This document shows, piece after piece, positions 60,946 to 64,000 of a stretch of 64,000 bases of DNA (positions are counted from its first letter, which is position 1; every line of letters begins with the position of its first letter). The notes under the pieces were generated by a model. The model was not told the origin of the DNA and searched no databases. It worked only from the letters and a program-made list of their open reading frames with translations. The position numbers and the translations under genes were made by a program. The stretch is from the human T2T-CHM13v2.0 reference genome, Homo sapiens, in assembly GCF_009914755.1 (NCBI RefSeq), contig NC_060941.1; one strand, written 5' to 3'.

Positions 60946-62924
60946 ATACTGTCAAGAGTTTTGGCACTCAGCTTATATTTTGGTCCATGCGAATCTGGAT
61001 ATTCTCTACGTAAATAAGTATGCACAGCAAGAAAAAAAATTTTTAAGCTATTGATAAATTGCCATAAGTGTATGCACACTTAAAGACTTCCTGATAGTCC
61101 ATAATCATTTCCTCTATTACATCAAAAGTTCCCAAATTACAACCTGTCACTCGCTTTACCATGTGAAAATAAGCTATTGTTCTTCTCTCTGCATCTTAAC
61201 TATTTGATTACCTCCAATGTTGCCTAGTATGAAAAAGTTTCAATTGCAGCCAAGAAAAAATAACCCAGAAGTGGTGAAAGAAGAAATGACAAACTGGAGT
61301 TTTTCAATAGACACAGAAAAGTATGGAGCCTGATGTTTCTAAAAAGGAAATGGAAGCAGCTCAAGATCATAGCTGCAAAATCTAGGCTGCGAGCCTTGGC
61401 TGCTTCGCATTTCATCAGTTACCAGTGGCTCCACTGAAATAGAAAGGTTAGTCATTACTCAGTGGAAAGTTTCGTTGAAGAAAAAAACATATATACTTAT
61501 GGAATATCTTGTCCAGACCACAAATCACTTTACAAGTGACAATCAATTAGGACCCATAACACATGCACAAGGCAGTTCTACCCCATGTTGCAGCAAAACC
61601 TTGCTGAACCTAATTATTTCTTTGGACAGATATTTGGAGGAGAGTACTGGGACACTGAAATTTCATGAAAACTTTTTTAGAACAGATAAAAGCCACTTAT
61701 GCATGTTGAGGGGAAAGACATCCCTTTGTTTAAGCCACCTAGAAAAGTAGCAGAATACATCTAATAGATTTGTCATACATTATAAGTTCCTCCTCTTTGG
61801 GGAATATGGGTTAAGTGAGACTCTTCCCACTTGGTTTTAAGACATTTAATGGTATTTTTCTCATTTTTATAATATCTAACTTTGACCAACACAGACTAGT
61901 AATAGTGGTAGACTCTTTAGTTTGCAGCTTATTCAACAAACAGTTATTGAACACTAACTGTATGCAGGCATTGAACTTCCTAGAATTGTCAAATCAAGTA
62001 TTTTTTTTCTAGCAGTAGTGTCACAGCACTAAGGTTGCTGGCAGTCGGTGCTGACAAGGTTGGGCATGGGAGGTGGAAGAACCACAAGACAGGTTAAATC
62101 ATGAAACCTTTGTGGTATAAGAGAAGGAGCTAAACAGAGAAATTCCAACTCTTATTCTCTAGGTTTATGACATCATTAGTGAGTCCATTAAGTACTTTGT
62201 TGATGTTGGGGTGTTCTATTCCCCCTGAAATCCAGAACTTTTCCAGTTTTGGTCAATGCTTGAGCCATCAGGCCAAGTGCTATTTTCAGCTCCGGCAGCT
62301 CCCTTGTTTTGTGAGTTCAGCCCAGACAGGAAACCACCCAGTCTGGGAAGGTTCAGTTAGATCCCAAAAGAGCACACACACTCAGGTGCAAGATCTTCAA
62401 GGCAGCAAAGGATGTTACAGTTAATCACACCCTGCCTAAGAAGTGAACATGCAGTCATTGTTTTTCCAAGAGATGAATGCTACTTAGTGTGTGTGTGTGT
62501 GTATGCATGCAAATATTCCGGGTAGATCTAAAAGGTGTTTTATAAATCCTGCTGCTCTGCTCCATGTAGACCATGTAGATTTCCCATGGATTTCCATAGA
62601 GAATCGGTGAAAAGCTTAGAAATAGTTTTACTCTAGAAAGCCTTTTTCCCCCCCCCACTGGAAGTGGCTCTGATTAAAATTTTTATGTGTAGGGGAAGAA
62701 TGTCCAGCAGATTTTGTAAATGGACAAACTCTCTGCCACATACAGAACTGTGGTCTAGGATTTGGAAAACTTTTTTAAGGTGTTCTTGACTTACAAGGAA
62801 GGAAGCTTATCTGAGGCTCCAATTAAATTAGTCCATCTGGCATTGCTGGTCCTACCAATGCCAACAGTGGCGTCAGAGATTAAGGAAGAGAGGAAGAGGG
62901 TACTAGGAGACATCAGATCATCCA

Positions 62925-63026
62925 AAAGTACATGTGATATTTGGGACATAATTATACTAAAAAATTACTCATTGTTTATCTGAAACTCAAATTTAACAGA
63001 GTTTCCTGTATTTTCTCTGGCAACTC
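62925..63026. mobile_element. MER53 half element
   Basis: atttgggacataattatactaaaaaattactcattgtttatctgaaactcaaatttaac..cctgtattt..ctggcaac. Confidence 0.8.
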
Positions 63027-63073
63027 CATCATTGATACTCATCACTCACCTTTGTGACTGAGGACTAAGCTCT

Positions 63074-63128
63074 GTTTTTGTTTTGTTGTTTTGTTTTGTT
63101 TTGTTTTGTTTTGCTTTGCTTTGTTTTT
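63074..63128. repeat. (GTTTT)n, probably the tail of the antisense Alu at 63885+
   Basis: Direct reading; ends tttttga as Alu tails do. Confidence 0.8.
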
Positions 63129-63129
63129 G

Positions 63130-63882
63130 ATCTTGCCCAAATTCCTATCTAAGGGGTCCAGGGAGTCAGGCCCTATAAACCATAAATTCTCACTAGATGG
63201 GTTTTACTAAACCCTATATATTGTGTCCTACTTTCCAATCTGACTCTGGCATAACATTATGAGACAAGGAAGAAAATCAAAATATTTTCCCCCCAAACAT
63301 GTTTCTTTGCCATATCCTGAAATGGCCCTGAAAAGCTGTCCTTGGTAGGGGAAAATGTGTATCCATAAATAATCTGTGTTAACTTAGTTAGATCTTTTTC
63401 TTCCGGGCCTTCCCAATCCTGAAGAGATTAAGTAAGAGCCTAGCAACTTTTTGAAGGTCTGAATAGGAAACATTTGTCATCTATTGTCTCCAAGGGCTGC
63501 CACTATAAGACTTCAAAAGGACCTTGGTCTCCACAGTCTTTTATTTTAACCTGAACATTTCCTTTCTATTGATCCCAGGTCTTTAGACAAACTCAACCAA
63601 TTGTCAATCAGAAAATGTTTGAATTTACCTATAGCCTGGAAGCTCCCTGCCCCCAACCTTTGAATTGTTCCATCTTTCTGAACCAAATCAATGTGTTTCT
63701 TAAGTGTATTTGACTGATGTTCATGCCTCCCTACAATGTATAAAACCAAGCTGTACTCCAACCATCTTAGGCACATGTTCTCAGGACCTCCTGAGGGCTG
63801 TGTTATGGGCCATGGTCACTCATATTTGGCTCAGAATAAATCTCTTCAGATATTTTACAGAGTTTGACTCTTTTCATTGACA
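63130..63882 (+). mobile_element. ERV1 LTR, MER4 family, 5' end apparently missing
   Basis: gcacatgttctcaggacctcctgagggctgtg..gtcactcatatttggctcagaataaatctcttca.atattttacagagtttgactctttt..gaca terminus with AATAAA. Confidence 0.8.
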
Positions 63883-63884
63883 GG

Positions 63885-64000
63885 ACAATCCTCCTGCCTC
63901 AGCTTCCTGAGGAGCTGGGACTTCAGGCATGCACCCCATGTCCAGCTATTTTTTGTATTTTTTGTAGAGATGGGATTCTTGTCGTGTTGCCCAGGCTGGT
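63885..64000 (-). mobile_element. Alu fragment (J-like), runs off the window
   Basis: caatcctcctgcctcagc..gctgggac..ttttgtagagatggg..tgttgcccaggctggt. Confidence 0.85.

Noticed and set aside
62941-62961. Near match to mature miR-1302 (ttgggacataattatactaaa)
   Set aside because: Only half of the MER53 palindrome is present, so no precursor hairpin can form

Overview
Primate, almost certainly human, non-coding genomic DNA: it carries an AluYb8 and an AluYa5, both essentially human-lineage subfamilies. It is AT-rich and CpG-depleted, with no CpG island. I find no credible protein-coding exon, RNA gene or gene symbol, so the window is intergenic or deep intronic, and I cannot name the locus. Many ORFs in the track are Alu, L1, LTR or microsatellite read-throughs; none of the rest is a protein I recognise. 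Much of the window is recognisable transposon: about 25 Alus, several L1s (one L1PA and one L1MA with clear TSDs), three THE1 LTRs, MST/MLT1 LTRs plus MLT1 internal sequence, a MER4-type LTR, MER1B/MER20/MER53 DNA elements, and many MIR/L2 relics. I see no new gene system. The most unusual structure is three fossil templated insertions (~6.2 kb, ~26.5 kb, ~37.4 kb). Each is a 120-260 bp copy of unique DNA from 0.5-2.2 kb downstream, pasted into a transposon; two have fold-back and microhomology junctions like those of polymerase-theta end joining. Also notable: an old ~420 bp duplication (51.2/55.5 kb) whose copies supply each other's empty site, a TE-free block with dense homeodomain/TCF/TFAP2 motifs at 17.4-17.8 kb, a 32-bp homeodomain-site palindrome at 38.8 kb, and a G-quadruplex motif inside an Alu. 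Repeat subfamily calls are from memory of consensus sequences. Boundaries of old repeats and all percent identities are by-eye estimates.
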